DNA from: Octopus sinensis
Taxonomy: Eukaryota
Direction of reading: 5' to 3'
Assembly (NCBI RefSeq): GCF_006345805.1
Contig: NW_021828582.1
Span: 1-8,058, forward strand
DNA length: 8,058 nt
Both the position numbers and the translations under genes were made by a program. Numbering within the stretch: the stretch's first letter is position 1; every line of letters begins with the position of its first letter. The notes under the pieces were generated by a model. It was given only the letters and a program-made list of their open reading frames with translations. It searched no databases and had not been told where the DNA came from. Below, in pieces: positions 7,398-8,058 of this stretch.

Positions 7398-7490
7398 GTA
7401 TATATATATAGATAGGACTCACATTCCATTCACTATCAGTTACCATATATATACATATATATATATAGATAGATAGATATATGTATATAC
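7398..7490. repeat. Short TA/GATA low-complexity tracts
   Basis: Directly visible. Confidence 0.8.
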
Positions 7491-7944
7491 ACAAACCTAA
7501 ATCTGTTATCACATATTTTCGGGTGTTGTGTATATAAAGTTCCCATTGTATAATAAAGCTTGTAAACATTCCTTCAGTCTATAGAAAGCGCCATCATTTT
7601 GTGCTAATTTCATTACCATATTGTTCAGTTAGACTAATTAACGGGTATTCTTTTTATTATGTAGTTACGTAGTATTGTCTCTTGTATATTGTCTTCCAAG
7701 TGGCTTTCAAAGCCCCTGTTCATATGGAAGCAGACGCACATACATACAAAATTCATTCTGAATGGCATTTATTCACCCAGGATGAATATGCCTTTTATAG
7801 AAAATTAAACTTCCAGCCAAAACGAATTTCATAATAAATTTGACATCACTTCTAGTACTGAGTCTGGCCATCAGTAAATAACCCGTTATTGTTTGTAAAA
7901 TTAATGAAAACAATAACCTTAGAAAATAAACATTTACATCCATT

Positions 7945-8058
7945 GGCGCAAGCGTGGTTGTGAGGTAAGAAACCTGCTTCCCATCCACATGGTTTCGGGT
8001 TCAGTCTTACTGTTGCGACTACTATGGCTTCGGGCCAACTAAAGTCTTGTGAGTAGAT
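7945..8058 (+). mobile_element. 5' part of SINE family A, cut by window end, with the CORE-like segment partly deleted
   Basis: ggcgcaagcgtggttgtgaggtaag...gggttcagtc matches the reverse complement of 3590-3653; it lacks most of ggctccttgggcaagtgtctt before ctactatggc. Confidence 0.88.

Noticed and set aside
1138-7569. ORFs rich in YI/IY, CV/VC, HT/TH and SL/LS (e.g. 1138-1338, 2644-3009, 3978-4378, 4540-4752, 6315-6979, 7381-7569)
   Set aside because: They are translations of TA, TG, CA and TC microsatellites, which lack stop codons.
7701-7834. 44-codon open stretch after a pyrimidine tract ending ccaag (AFKAPVHMEADAHTYKIHSEWHLF...)
   Set aside because: No recognisable motif, it includes a CA-repeat remnant, and the length is within chance expectation.
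7885-7917. 10-bp inverted repeat gttattgttt/aaacaataac with 13-nt spacer
   Set aside because: Low-complexity and AT-rich; plausible by chance, with no supporting context.

Overview
Eukaryotic, AT-rich, non-coding DNA dense in TA/CA/GT/TC microsatellites and interspersed repeats. The repeat types strongly resemble octopod cephalopod (Octopus-like) intronic or intergenic DNA; this is from recall, not a database search. I see no intact protein-coding gene, and nearly all listed ORFs are artefacts of stop-free microsatellites or antisense SINE sequence. Supportable content: six copies or fragments of a tRNA-headed CORE-like SINE; two copies of a second tRNA-headed SINE with different 3' tails (one with a 12-bp TSD, one nested in an older SINE); a decayed non-LTR reverse-transcriptase fragment on the minus strand (about 4820-5160); a probable non-autonomous Helitron-like element (about 316-1181); a Penelope-like terminal fragment with a degenerate minimal hammerhead-ribozyme motif (1444-1472); and a 222-bp imperfect foldback (2277-2498). 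The foldback and the hammerhead-like motif most deserve follow-up. Nothing here demonstrates a new biological system.
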